The position numbers and the translations under genes are program-made. The notes under the pieces are model-generated. The model saw only the letters and a list, made by a program, of their open reading frames with translations, was not told the DNA's origin and did no database searches. DNA of 63,564 nt, the filler included, from Reticulomyxa filosa (lineage: Eukaryota; Protista; Foraminifera), in the NCBI GenBank assembly GCA_000512085.1. It is 26 parts of 26 records of this genome, joined end to end, with 100 filler letters (N's around TTAATTAATTAA, not from the genome) between each part and the next. Parts side by side here need not be neighbours in the genome. Positions count along the whole stretch, not along the records: positions 38,822 to 40,510 come from ASPP01029286.1; positions 40,611 to 42,700 come from ASPP01001430.1; positions 42,801 to 45,065 come from ASPP01010308.1; positions 45,166 to 46,471 come from ASPP01012291.1; positions 46,572 to 53,323 come from ASPP01009217.1; 21 more parts are not named here. One strand, written 5' to 3'. Below are positions 38,905-51,980 of the stretch, one piece after another (the first letter of the stretch is position 1; each line of letters opens with the position of its first letter).

Positions 38905-39359
38905 AGTTTGGAACACGTTCGCCATGCCCGGTACGATATGTTTGGAGGCTGTTGCACAACCATTTGTATACGTATTGTACCTATTTTTGTTTGTTTGTGA
39001 CTGTATATTGTGAAAATAGTGCGTCCGCAATTCACGCAGTAAATGTAATGATTGGGAAAGAGAAAAAGGCGTATGATTTTTTGCCTGCATTTTACTCGAG
39101 GATATTAGACAAGTCATGGGTATTTTACGGCGAAAAACCGGGAAGTGCGGATGTGCACATCGTTGGGGACTTCAAACCAAAACTACTTGTTATCTTCTCT
39201 GTCAAAAACAAGGTTTGTGGAATCTTTGCGGAAAGTGTAAGTGAAAATGAAGAGAAGGTTGTGCAAGAGTTAGTGAAAAAAAGAGTCAGCCTTGATAACT
39301 TCAAGCTGAACAGCCAACAAGAGGTGTCGCTGACACTCGAACAATTGGCCAAATTGTAA
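38905..39359 (+). CDS. Monodehydroascorbate reductase-like FAD/NADH oxidoreductase, 3' end
   Basis: LEHVRHAR | SAIHAVNVM...YDFLPAFYSRILDKSWVFYGE matches plant MDAR (VEHVDHARKSA...YDYLP.FYSR.F.LSW.FYGD). Confidence 0.8.
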
Positions 39360-39589
39360 TAAAATTATTGACAAATGAATGAAGAGCCAATAACAAAAAT
39401 AGTACATTTTTTTTTAATCAGCTTTTGAGATAATTTTTTCTACAATTGTATTTGCACTTTTGATCCCTCTTTAACACGACTTCATGTTAAAAAAAAAATA
39501 CTCACATGAAATTCTTGCAAATGTATACATATTTCTGTTTTAATTTGTGATACTGTACAATTCGAAACAACGAATAAGGTTACAACACA

Positions 39590-40090
39590 CAGTTTGATGC
39601 GCGATAATAGCAATTGCAGCCAAGGCAAACTTGGTTGACTCACACAATAGGTTACATCATAGTCTTAAAAAAATCCTCCATGAACTTCATCGTGTTGTTT
39701 GTTTTCATCACTTGTGTGTTTATGGCAATGACCATGTCCATATCAGGACTCTTCTTTATGAACGTTCATGTTTCTCTCTTTTTTCTCGTAGCCTTTGATT
39801 CAGTTTGGTAGTTGATTGTGGCCAACTAATAAATATTTTTCGATAACCTTTTTTTTTAAATTATCGAAGCACAAGCAATAATGGCCAAATTGTTAAATAC
39901 AGCGGCGACAGCTTGTTCGTGATCATGGTCATGACTACGGTTATGACCACTGACAGTTACAAGATGGAACTTTTAGAATGGCATTTGCCAAAGCTTGTTT
40001 AGTTGCTGCCGTAGTCATTAAGCTCGCCTTTACAAATTCCAAAGCAATCCACAATGCAAACAAAGTAAAATACGATTTTCATTTCCCCAT
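39590..40090 (-). pseudogene. Degenerate His-rich membrane protein, possibly a ZIP-type metal transporter relic
   Basis: Fragments HSHDHDHEQAVAAVFNNLAIIACAS and YGHGHCHKHTSDENKQHDEVHGG, interrupted by stops and frameshifts. Confidence 0.3.
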
Positions 40091-40610
40091 TTTTTTGGTT
40101 TGAATTTATGTTTTATACTAACCGAGACATCTTTATTCAATGGATCAACTCTAGTGTCTGCCAACGTCTGAGCTGTTCATCGACTAGGTCCATATCCGAG
40201 AAACTGTGATATATTTGTGTCGTTTATTTCAACAGTTGTTCTTTCATAGACATCGAGAGTGACCACAGCAACATTTACATTTGCAGTTGCACTTTTTTGG
40301 ATCTCTTTATTATTATCGTTTTGTGATTTTATATTTACCACATTCTCACTTTGCGAGACAAACATTCGAATTCGCATTGCTTGTTAAAAATTCTTAATAT
40401 GCTTATATTATAACTACAACTACTGTCATTTTTAAAATATTTTACAAGCAAACACAGACCTCGAAACGATTTGCCGAATACATAGTATACAGTAGATTGC
40501 AAAAAAAACTNNNNNNNNNNNNNNNNNNNNNNNNNNNNNNNNNNNNNNNNNNNNTTAATTAATTAANNNNNNNNNNNNNNNNNNNNNNNNNNNNNNNNNN
40601 NNNNNNNNNN

Positions 40611-41505
40611 GTTCATAATCAAATACACATTTATAATCTTTCCATTTTCCATTCGATAACATGCACACTATTCTTCGAATCCAACTTCTTGTTTATATCT
40701 ATTTAAATGATTGGTTATATCATTTAAAATGATTGGTTATATCATTTATATGATTGGTTTTATTAAAACAACAAAGTAAACATATATTAACAGTACATAG
40801 TTTGTTGGTTGATTGCTATTTCATAACAATTCCACAGATGTAATAATTGAATATGATGATATTGATAATACCAATGACCATGATTTCCTTTTTTAAACCC
40901 TATAGTTTGTAAATTTTTTTCCATACTTATGAATACTTGCTCAAAATCTGCACCTAATTGATGACATTTGGAAAATAAGTTATTGTATAAAGCTTGTTTG
41001 TGAATTTGACGGTATTTTATATGCTTAGGATATTTCAGAATATTCCACAAAATATGCAAACGCATTTCTCTCAATATTTTTAGTTCATTTTCTTCTTTCA
41101 ATCTATCATTTATAATTTATCATTTTTATTTTATACTTATATTTGTACATGTTGTATATTTAACTCATTCAAGTTGGAAGTTGCACACATTTCTCTTAAT
41201 TTCTCGAGTGTGTCACTATAAATTTGATTGTAATTTCTCCATGTTTGTGATATTGTTGTTTTTTCAAACCGATTGCCAAAATTGTAGAATAAACTCATTA
41301 AATGTTGTTGTTGCTGTAAATTTGTGCTATATTAAAATATGTAAGCAATAATTTGTTTTCGTACATAAAAAAAAACATAAAAATATTGTTACGTATTCTC
41401 AGTTAGCCAGATTAAGACACTTTCAACATCTTGCCCAAACCATTTGGCTACCTTTGAAATGATCTCTTCATCTGTCTTATACATTTGTTGAAGTTGTGCG
41501 AACAT
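40611..41505 (-). CDS. PUB-like domain protein (spliced; possibly a pseudogene)
   Basis: LHILWNILKYPKHIKYRQIHKQAL...LQTIGF resembles the PUB pattern (NI...P...KYR.I...L...GF); an apparent stop lies in an upstream exon near 41255. Confidence 0.5.
40701..40760. repeat. Minisatellite, approx. 2.7 copies of a 21-22 bp unit ATTTA(A)AATGATTGGTTATATC
   Basis: Directly visible tandem copies within an intron-like stretch. Confidence 0.85.
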
Positions 41506-42800
41506 GATGATGAAATGATGATAACTTTAAAACAAAACCTTTTTTTCTTTTGAAGGCTCAGAAACTGATTTAAAAATATTACAAATAAAAAATTGTTTTT
41601 AGATTCACAATAAAAAAGGCCAAGAAGTGTGAAACATAATGTGCTTGCAATATAATAACAACAATGAAACAAAAGTCAATCCTTTGTCAAAAAGTCCCTG
41701 CAAAGAAGAACGAAGATAAAATGACATTGATTGAAATTGTAATGTAAACATTGCAGTAGAATACACTTATACTAAAAAAAAAAAGTGATAACAATTTATT
41801 TTTGTATGAAACGAGACGTTCAGTTCGAACTGTGAGCATTTTAAGATGGAGGAAAGTATTCTTCGCCTGTTATCGTTTCCTAGGGTTTTGGGGATTTCTC
41901 AAAAGTATATTTGTCACTGTATCCCTTTGACATGGAGGCCACACCCACGGGGAAAATGTTTCGAAACAAAAAAGTCGATAAGTGTTCATGAACAATCCCC
42001 TGGAAATAAAAAACAAAAACTTTGATGAATTGCAAAAGGACGTTGTTGTTACAAAATGCGTTCAAAAAAAAGAAAGAGTTTTCCATTATTATTTGTTGGG
42101 GTGGAAAAAACCTACCAAGGATTTTTTTATTGACAACAGAAAAAAATTTGAGTCGTTTCTACAAAATTCTTGAAACAATTATTGTTTGTTTATCATGTTT
42201 AGAAAGATAAAGCCATTCAAAATTTAAATCGTAAAAGAGGTTTTATGTTTTCTATTGTAAAAATTATAATATCAGTGATATAGTTCTTATTTTAAGACAA
42301 CAAAATCATTCAATTTCTTTTTCCAAGCAAGGAAAGAGGCAAGCTTTCGATGAATTACATATATTCTTTCTCATCAATAACATTAGATATTAAGTTGTTA
42401 TTTACTATTCATCTCTTTCACATGATGAATGACAAGAAGATTCAATTTTACTCAAACAGTGTTTTTCGTTATGCATATGTCAATACTCATAAGCTGTTGA
42501 AATGAAAGACGACACTTTTGGTTTAATCAAAAACCAACACAATGCTAGAAATAATGCTATTGATGATAGATTATTACATATGAGAATATTTTCATTAATC
42601 CAAAGTAAATTTGATATATCTGATAACAATTAATTAACGCATTTTGTACATTATTATTTACACGTGAAGATGTAAAAAAAAAAAAAAATTAAATTCTTTT
42701 NNNNNNNNNNNNNNNNNNNNNNNNNNNNNNNNNNNNNNNNNNNNTTAATTAATTAANNNNNNNNNNNNNNNNNNNNNNNNNNNNNNNNNNNNNNNNNNNN

Positions 42801-42830
<30 letters not shown>

Positions 42831-42832
<2 letters not shown>

Positions 42833-43581
42833 GTCAGTGTTATGGGAACCCAAAACGATAGTACTTTGGAATGGGACATTACTTGCATGTTATGTGTATC
42901 TAAGGGGATGTGTGTTTTTATTGGGGCTTCGGAAGAACAATAAAGACAATAACATCGGGTATGATATTTGCGATATGATGGAGCTTCTTATTCGAGGCTT
43001 TGCAATTTATGTTTGTGGTAATATCGCACATCGATTGGATATTCTTAATCATATGCGATATCAATTCATCAGTTTCTTTTCTCCTCGTTGTCCATATTTT
43101 ACTCATTTCACACTCTTTTTTTTTTTTTGTAAAAGTTTGGATTCATGTCTATCTCGTGCTGTACACAATCACGTTCCAATTGTGTCCGGAGAATATTCAG
43201 TTCAGTGAAAAGTTTCAGTGGTCATGGGTTATTATATTAATAGCAACTGTCGTTTTGACCGTCAATACATATGTGGTATTCCAAAATGTTTACTTTCATT
43301 GGTTTCTTTCCGATAACTTTGTCACAAAGTGTCTCTATTTTGGTGGACTTGCATTGTTTGTTGTCTTTCATTTTGCTCTTTTGGGGGTTGAAAACATTTT
43401 CGTTCATCACGCGTCTTCACATGTTCATATACATCATCACTGGTGGGGCTTTGTCTTGGCCTTGTTTGCCAGGAGCACCACTAAAACGACTATATCTATG
43501 CAATGTTTGTGTATTGCTGTTTGGATTCATGGAGGGTGTGTTTTTGGCTTTGAGCCTTTGGTTACGCGCGAGCTCAGTTAA
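42831..43581 (+). CDS. Multi-pass membrane protein with His-rich motif HVHIHHHWWG, spliced, 5'-truncated
   Basis: Hydrophobic helices, AHRLDILNH, HVHIHHHWWGFVLALFAR and IHGGCVFGFEP; family not recognised. Confidence 0.5.
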
Positions 43582-43902
43582 AGCTACACGCTTCATCACT
43601 TCAATAATGAACACAATCATTTTTTTTAACGAAACAAAATGTCAAACATTTGCTGAAAGTTTTCTTGTTCACTTTTTTTTTTTAATGAAAAGAGGTGGAT
43701 CGCCAGTGATCAACAAAATTACACAAATGAATATTGACCCTTTCAAAATGATGAGAGACATACTATTATGAAGTAAAAGAGTTTAAATGAATAAAGTTTT
43801 AGTGAACAAATGGCAGAAAAAATACGCACGCTTTAATTCAACACGTCTAAAGTTGACTCAGCAAAAGGGATTTTTTGTTTATTTGATAAATCTGTTGTAA
43901 AG

Positions 43903-45064
<1,162 letters not shown>

Positions 45065-45699
45065 CNNNNNNNNNNNNNNNNNNNNNNNNNNNNNNNNNNN
45101 NNNNNNNNNTTAATTAATTAANNNNNNNNNNNNNNNNNNNNNNNNNNNNNNNNNNNNNNNNNNNNAATGTTCTTCAGTCTTTACTTTATCTCTTGCGCTT
45201 TCTTCCTTTACTTGCTTCATTTTTTTTTATTTTATTAATAATAGGTACTCAAAACTTCAAACAAAATTTTCGGAGTTGAAGTTCTGTCAAAAAAAACCTA
45301 TTTTTTTAATGAAATAAGAAATATCTTGATCAAAACAATTGCTTCAATTAGTTTGCAAAAAATATTTAATAGTATATTCTAGTGATTAAATTGTTTTGTA
45401 TAAAATGGTTAAACTTTTATTCTGACTTGACTTTGTATCAAAATCAGATAATTGACATGTTCATGCACATTTCAACTTGAAATATATTAATTGCTTTTAA
45501 TGAAAATCTTAAAATTCTTAAATAAAGTATTATGTGTCAAAACAATCCATTGTTTAGTTTATCTATCTTTCATTTAGAATTGTTGGGATATCAGTTAAAG
45601 TTTTTTTCACAAAAAATTCAAAATTTAGAAAACCTTCAATTTTGCATTTAAAAGCACAAAAAAATCGTTAAAAAAAAGAAAAAGATTGTGCGAAGATCA

Positions 45700-46130
45700 A
45701 TGAATCAAAGATCGCAATGAGCAATGAAACGGCAAGACATGTGGCAACGGATGTATGAATTTTGGACTCGCAAACACGAAGTGTTGAACTACATTCAGCC
45801 GAAGCTGCTCACACTTGGACAATGAGATCTTTCAGATACTGATCAACTTTTGAAAACGCACAAAACCAAGGAAACTTGAAAGAGGAAGGGGCGGCGGGCA
45901 TGTCATGAACCAACAAAAGTCTATGGTCTATTTGCCAGAGTCTGAACGATAGCCTTTTCGACTCAAACTTGAAACGTTGGCCAACATTTCAATCTTGGAA
46001 TTCACTTCTTTGTATGGAACACGTGGCAAATATGTCATCAGTGCCGTCATCATCAGCGTGGACAGCAAGTTAGACCAGGAAAAAGATTGGTCATTGCAAA
46101 TTAATGACAATGAAGGGACTTTACATATTG
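45700..46130 (+). pseudogene. Degenerate 2OG-Fe(II) oxygenase / prolyl-hydroxylase-like gene
   Basis: LEFTSLYG...VISAVIISVDSKLDQEKDWSLQINDNEG resembles an algal/protist family (TSLYGIR.Y...HVD...V.SAIINV.QD.DE.WPL); several stops, and the HxD segment appears deleted. Confidence 0.4.
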
Positions 46131-46607
46131 GACTTATAATTGATTTTAGGTTTATAAAAAAAAAGAATCTTTTCTTTTTGTTTTAATTTTTATTTCGAAC
46201 TTGACTTCAATGATAATTTATTTTGATAATATCAACTTACTTTTCTTTTAATCAAACTTTTCAAATAAAAAAATTTTCATTTTTTATTTGGCAAAAAAGT
46301 AAATTATCCCCAAATACGAACGAGACCTTTAGTTGAACCATAAATTCAAATCATATTTAACATTTTTTGTCCTATCTTTCTTTTTCAATTTAATAAATTT
46401 AAGACAATATATTCCATCATCTTCCTCATCTCCATTGATCATATACAATTCATTCTTATTTGATCGAATATNNNNNNNNNNNNNNNNNNNNNNNNNNNNN
46501 NNNNNNNNNNNNNNNTTAATTAATTAANNNNNNNNNNNNNNNNNNNNNNNNNNNNNNNNNNNNNNNNNNNNTTTTTTTTTTTTTTTTTTGCACAAATCTG
46601 AAAAAAG

Positions 46608-47790
46608 GTTAATGGTATTTTCGAAGGCAAGAATCAGTACTATATGCAAGATCACTCGTTGCTGATCAAAGGACAGTGGAAAGAGGGAAAGATGAGTGGT
46701 GAGATAAGCGAGTACGAAATCGAGACGTTGGACGTAACGGCACGTCCGATTCGTTCACGCTTGGATGTGTTGCCAGCAACACATGAGCGTTGCCAGGAGC
46801 AAATGGATGACTGGTACAAGCAACACGTTTTCCAAATGGAGAAAAATGTTTGTTGGACAGTACCAAGCGGACCAGAGGCACGGTAAGGGGAGTCTGTACA
46901 CCACCGGAGGAGGTGAACTGATTGGCACTTTCCGCAAGGGGGTTTTGCATGATTCGCACGCTACTTTTCTTTTCAGCTCAAAGTTGGGTGCAAACAGTGA
47001 TCGATTGGTTGGAGAATGGAAAAAGGGATCCATGGTTCAAGCACGCTTTGTTTCAAGTGATAATGATGGTGATGCCAACAATGCAAAAGAGGTTAGAAAC
47101 GAAAGTGGAAAAAATTTTGCTTAGTCAGAAAACGTTTTTTGTTGGGTGCGTTTTTCTAAGTGTAAAAAGAAAAAAAAAAAAAAGAGTGAAAGCGAAGAAA
47201 AAGTAGCGAAAGAGCAATGGTATTGCGAAGATGTATCGAATGAAGCAAGCATTGGTGGCTATCCTCTGTTGAGTGATCCTTATGAAGTAAAATGTGTGTA
47301 TGTCGCCAAGTCAACACTTAGCGACGCCAACGAAGGACTCTTTGCGCTTCGAAAACTCTTCAAAGATGAGGTGGTGTCGTTTTATAATGGATTGCGTGTT
47401 CGCCATAAAACTGTTGATGAAAGACCTTGGAGTGAAAATCAATATACTAATTCGGTTTGCTCCGAATTCGCTGTGGACAGTTTTGTCTTTTTCTTTTCAT
47501 TTTTATTTTTCTTTGGCCTTTTTCTATCTGTTGGCTTTGTGTTTGATTTTGAACCGCAAGTCCCTTCCGAGTTTGCCGTAATGGATAAATATTGTGCGAC
47601 TATGGGTCATAAAGCAAATCATGACTGGGATAAACAAAACGCGAGATATGATACTTTTTATCATCCACGTTTTGGTGATATCAAATGCCTGCGAGCAATT
47701 TGCGACATTGAACCAAATGAAGAAATATTTGTTGACTATGATTATTCTGATGAATGGCCAGAATGGTTTGTTGACAAATATTCTCACTAA
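46608..47790 (+). CDS. SETD7: SETD7/SET7-9-like lysine methyltransferase (MORN repeats + SET domain), 5'-truncated, spliced; apparent homopolymer frameshift near 46845
   Basis: MORN-type FVGQYQADQRHGKGSLY; LLSDPYEVKCVYVAKSTL..ANEGLFA, VVSFYNGLRV, KYCATMGHKANH, FYHPRFGDIKCLRAICDIEPNEEIFVDYDY and PEW follow SETD7 motifs in order. Confidence 0.85.
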
Positions 47791-48686
47791 TTCTGTTGTT
47801 GTTGCTGTCATTGGATGTTGTAGTGTTTTACTCATTATTTTATTGGTCCCTTTCTTTTCTTATGCAGTGAGAAAGGGTCTTGGATCATTCATTTCTTATT
47901 TTTTTTCTTGTTTCGAATAACAAGTATTCAAATCTGACTAATCTGAAATTTTGATCAATCATTATTTTCGTGTTTTTGAAAATCCTTTCAGATGTCTGAG
48001 CAATCAAATAACACTAAAAATAGGCTTATCAGGCAAAACATGATGTGTTTTCAAAATGTACTAATTCACACAATCAGATAACCTCAAATTGTAAGTTTTG
48101 ATAAATCGCAAACAGACAACGTTTTCCAAGAGAAGAAATTTGCAATGACATTAATGAAACAGATAACATGTACAATTTTTTCCTTTTGGCAACTGTTTTT
48201 ATGATTAGACAAAAAAAATAGTGAACACTTTGCTGACAATTAAACTAAAAAAACAGTGATATTGGCTGAAAGATCAAACGTAGCCAATATCTCAAAATAC
48301 GCCCCAAAGCATCAAATTAAAATCAACAAACCTAACCAAAATTGTTGTGTTGATCGTTCAGTGATTGAATTTAGTTGAACAATAAATCAAAACTTCCAAA
48401 TAGGTTTATTAAAGAAAGCCAAGTGTCAAAGTACTCAAGCTTTTTTCTGCAGGAAAAAATGTTTTCAATTGACATTGAATTATAAAAACCCACTTTTCCT
48501 GATATTCATTTTCAATTTCAATAAAAAAGTGGATATAATTACGTATTTCATTACAATGTGCAAAAAAACAACGATAACGGCAAGCACCAGGATGTGCCGA
48601 CAACGAGGTGATTTTTGTTAGTGTTTTGTTGAGTTTCTACGGCAGAAGGAAGAAAAACAACAAGACCAAGATCAATACAAAATAGT

Positions 48687-50382
48687 TCAATTCACAATTG
48701 GTTGGCGTGGTGTGAACCCCCAATAATCCCAGTTGAATTCAGTAAGAGCAAGTTCGGGATAAGCACTAACAAGTTCAAACAATCGTTGGTGGCAAGGTTC
48801 AAAAAAAGAGTCAAGCGCATCAAGAACATTTGGAGAAAACTCGACTTTTTCCCTCCCAGTGCTCGTCAACTTTTTGACTTTGACTTTTTCGGTAAAGACA
48901 TATTTCAGCTCGGGATCGTCGCAATTGAGCCGTCCATGTCTGGCCCAACACATTAACGCAACGAGTACTTCACTGGGCTGTGTTACATACATTTCCGTTT
49001 GAATAATTCGGAACGAGTCAAGCATCAGATCCATATTATATGGGCCACTTTGATAGTTATTATTATTATTGCTAGATATACTCCCATCAAAGTTGTTCGA
49101 AATCAATTCAAACAAGTATTCCATGATCGGTACAACATAGCAAGACAGTCCAACAGCACGTCTCAAGAGCTGAGGAGGATTGCACAAGTGTTTCGGGAAC
49201 AATGCAATGGCTGACTCTTCCAAGCACTGTTTCACGAGTGACCGCATGTATATATTCCACTGTTCCAATATCTTGGGCCACTTGTTCCAGTGCACCGCTA
49301 TGTTTCCGTCATCGCTGTCATGTCCATCAGTGATCATACCCCTCAGTTTTATCAGCTCCTCATTCTTCAGCAAGTGCATTGCAAACTTGTCCACATTGCC
49401 GTAGCTTTCCGCAAGACGAGTGCGTTCATTGCCGACAAAAAAGTAATACGTGCTTTGAATCCTTGGCGGAGGATATCGAATCATCACAAAAATTTTTGTC
49501 CCTTTATTTATTTTAAAAAGTGTAGGAAAAAAAGTTTTTTGATTGGTTGCAAAAGAGATGAGATCTGAGAGATAAGAGATAAGTGTAATAAAAAAAAAAA
49601 AAAAAAAAAAAACCTTGTTTCGGAATGTAATAATGAGTATAAAGATAAGCAATGAAATTGACGCCAAAAAAGTCGACCGACTTTTCAAACTTGGGTTTTT
49701 GGGCACTGTTTTTCCAATTGCCAAACGTGACGTAGTCCTGCATCCTGCACCTATCTGACGTCTTGGTGACAAAGACGTTTTGGAAGAAGCGCACCTTGTC
49801 CATGTCGTACGTGATGCATTCGCTCCAAAACCGCGTCTCCGTGTCGCTGCCCTTGTCCTTCGGACACGATACCAAATGACTGCTAAACAGCGCGTCGCCC
49901 AGCGACGTGCTCCCGGACTTTTCCGCGCCCAAACCAACCAAAAACGGCTCCGCGCTGGCGTATACTTTCGATTGGTGACGCTCTCGTCTTTGCTGTGCTT
50001 GCGTTCGGTTATACGTATACGACGACAGACCGGCCCCCTGTCGTGACGAGAACGACGCTGCTGCTGCTGCTGCCGCTGCCGCAGAGAAGGAGGAAGAGGA
50101 GGATACAGAGGCTGTGGTGGGGGCAGGGGTAGGGGCTATAAAGTCGGATATTACTGTTATTGGTGGCGGCAAGTTCATTGGACTTACTTGCGACGAGGAC
50201 TCGTGGCCGCTCGTGTGACGCGTGCGATACCATACTCCATACGACACAATCGACGCCAGTATCACACATACAATCAACACCACTGGATGCACGCTCTTAT
50301 GCAAACTACCTTTACTCGGAGACAACGGCTTCATTGTACGCGACAGACGAGGTCCTCGAGCGCTTTGGAAAAACGCATGCAT
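48687..50382 (-). CDS. Golgi type II membrane sulfotransferase (heparan-sulfate 3-O/N-sulfotransferase-like), 2 exons
   Basis: N-terminal transmembrane anchor and Ser/Ala/Pro stem; 5'-PSB GLGAEKSGSTSL, ETRFW, FEKSVDFF, 3'-PB IFVMIRYPPPRIQSTYYF and C-terminal LDSFFEPCHQRLFELV. Confidence 0.8.
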
Positions 50383-50897
50383 TATTCCCTGTCAATGATT
50401 TATTATTTATTTATTATCTGCTTTCTCAAGGGGGTCAAGGGGGAAACCCTAAGTCTCACCACTCGACGGGTTTACTATTTCGATTTTTTCTCGTTGCTTG
50501 AAAAATATATAATGGTCTTTTAGTGTAATTTTTTTGAAAAAAAGAACAGCTGTGGTACATCTTTAAAAATTCAATCATACTTTCTTAAACTGATAAAAAT
50601 CACTGATAAGTGAAAAAAAAATCGTCTGTGGTTTAATCTAAACAAAATTTTTTGAATTCTTTTAAAAAAGTAGTCGCAACTGGTACCACTTAAAAGTTCA
50701 GTACCCACAGCCAAAGACCCCCATGTCAACTCCAATTTAAAAAAAAAACTCTCATTTGAACCATTCGACTTCCATTGATTTTTCAATTCATATTCTACAA
50801 CCACTAAAAAAAAAAAGAAAAGATGATGGGCCCAACCATTCAATTAAGCGTGGACGATATCGAAAAGGTTATATATATGTGTAAAGCAAAAAAAAAG

Positions 50898-51424
50898 ATG
50901 TCGCAAAAGAAAGAGAGTGCGAAGCAAATGCAAAGAGGTTGCACAACTGTGATGGGTAAGAATAGAAAGAGTTGGCACTGTTGCAACAAGATTTGGGACG
51001 CGCAAAGGGTCAAAATGAGGAAATAAAACTGTCATTAACCCGTTTAAAAAGAGAGAAAAGCCGAATGTCAGAGAACTTGCACAACGTCAAAAACTTGGGA
51101 GATCACAACACATGCTGGGTCAGCGTTGGCAAAATGTTTTTGAAAGAGTCCAAATCGGTCATTGTTTCCACTATTGAAGGTGACATCGAGCATGTCAACA
51201 AGAAAATTTCCGATTTAGAAGTTCCTTTTTTTTAAAAAAAAAAAAAATTTTAAAATAAAAAAGGGGGGGAGGAAGGGGACGTTCAAAAAAAAAAAATTTA
51301 AAAATTTCGAACTTTGAAATAGACGAGACAACAATCAGTGATCGAGAATTTAAAAACGGTGGAAAAGAGGTTTGAAGACTTTGTTGAGTCACACAAAGTC
51401 AAAGATGAAAAACCTAAAGCATGA
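50898..51424 (+). CDS. Beta-type prefoldin subunit (PFD1-like), 3 exons
   Basis: Coiled coil, hairpin NTCWVSVGKMFLKESK, then a second coiled coil KKISDLE|TRQQSVIENLKTVEKRFEDF. Confidence 0.7.
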
Positions 51425-51980
51425 CGGGAATACATTTTTGAACTGTTTGCTAAGTGAAAGGGGAGGATGTTTGTTTAGAAAATTCAAATCCCAATTTCTT
51501 TGGGATGAGTTATTAATACACACACTATTGCAATCTTCAAAGCAAATTTCAAATAATAACAATTCTCAAAAGTTTTTTTTTTTTTGCTAACTTGGGTTTA
51601 TCCTTTTGCATGTTCAATACAATTACACACTGATGTTTGACTAGGATTAAAAAGAAAATTAAAACAGGATTAACTCTTCGATCTTATTCTCTCAACTCTA
51701 TTTGTGACTTTTGTTCCTCATTTTAACTTCTTTTTCTTGTCTTTCCTTTTATTCTCTTTTTTTTTTGAACAATATGTTCATTCTTCGCATTTAATGTCTT
51801 TTTAAAATGATTTTTGCTGTAAGGAAAATAAACAGCCAAGCCAATTCTCAACAAGTTCTTTTCAGATGGAAAAATCGATGAACGGAAGAAATCTTTATCA
51901 CAACGTGAGTTTTATTTGCAAGAAAAGAGCTCATAAAAACTCCCCCTGTTCAATTAGATTCAAAATAAAAATTTAGATGG

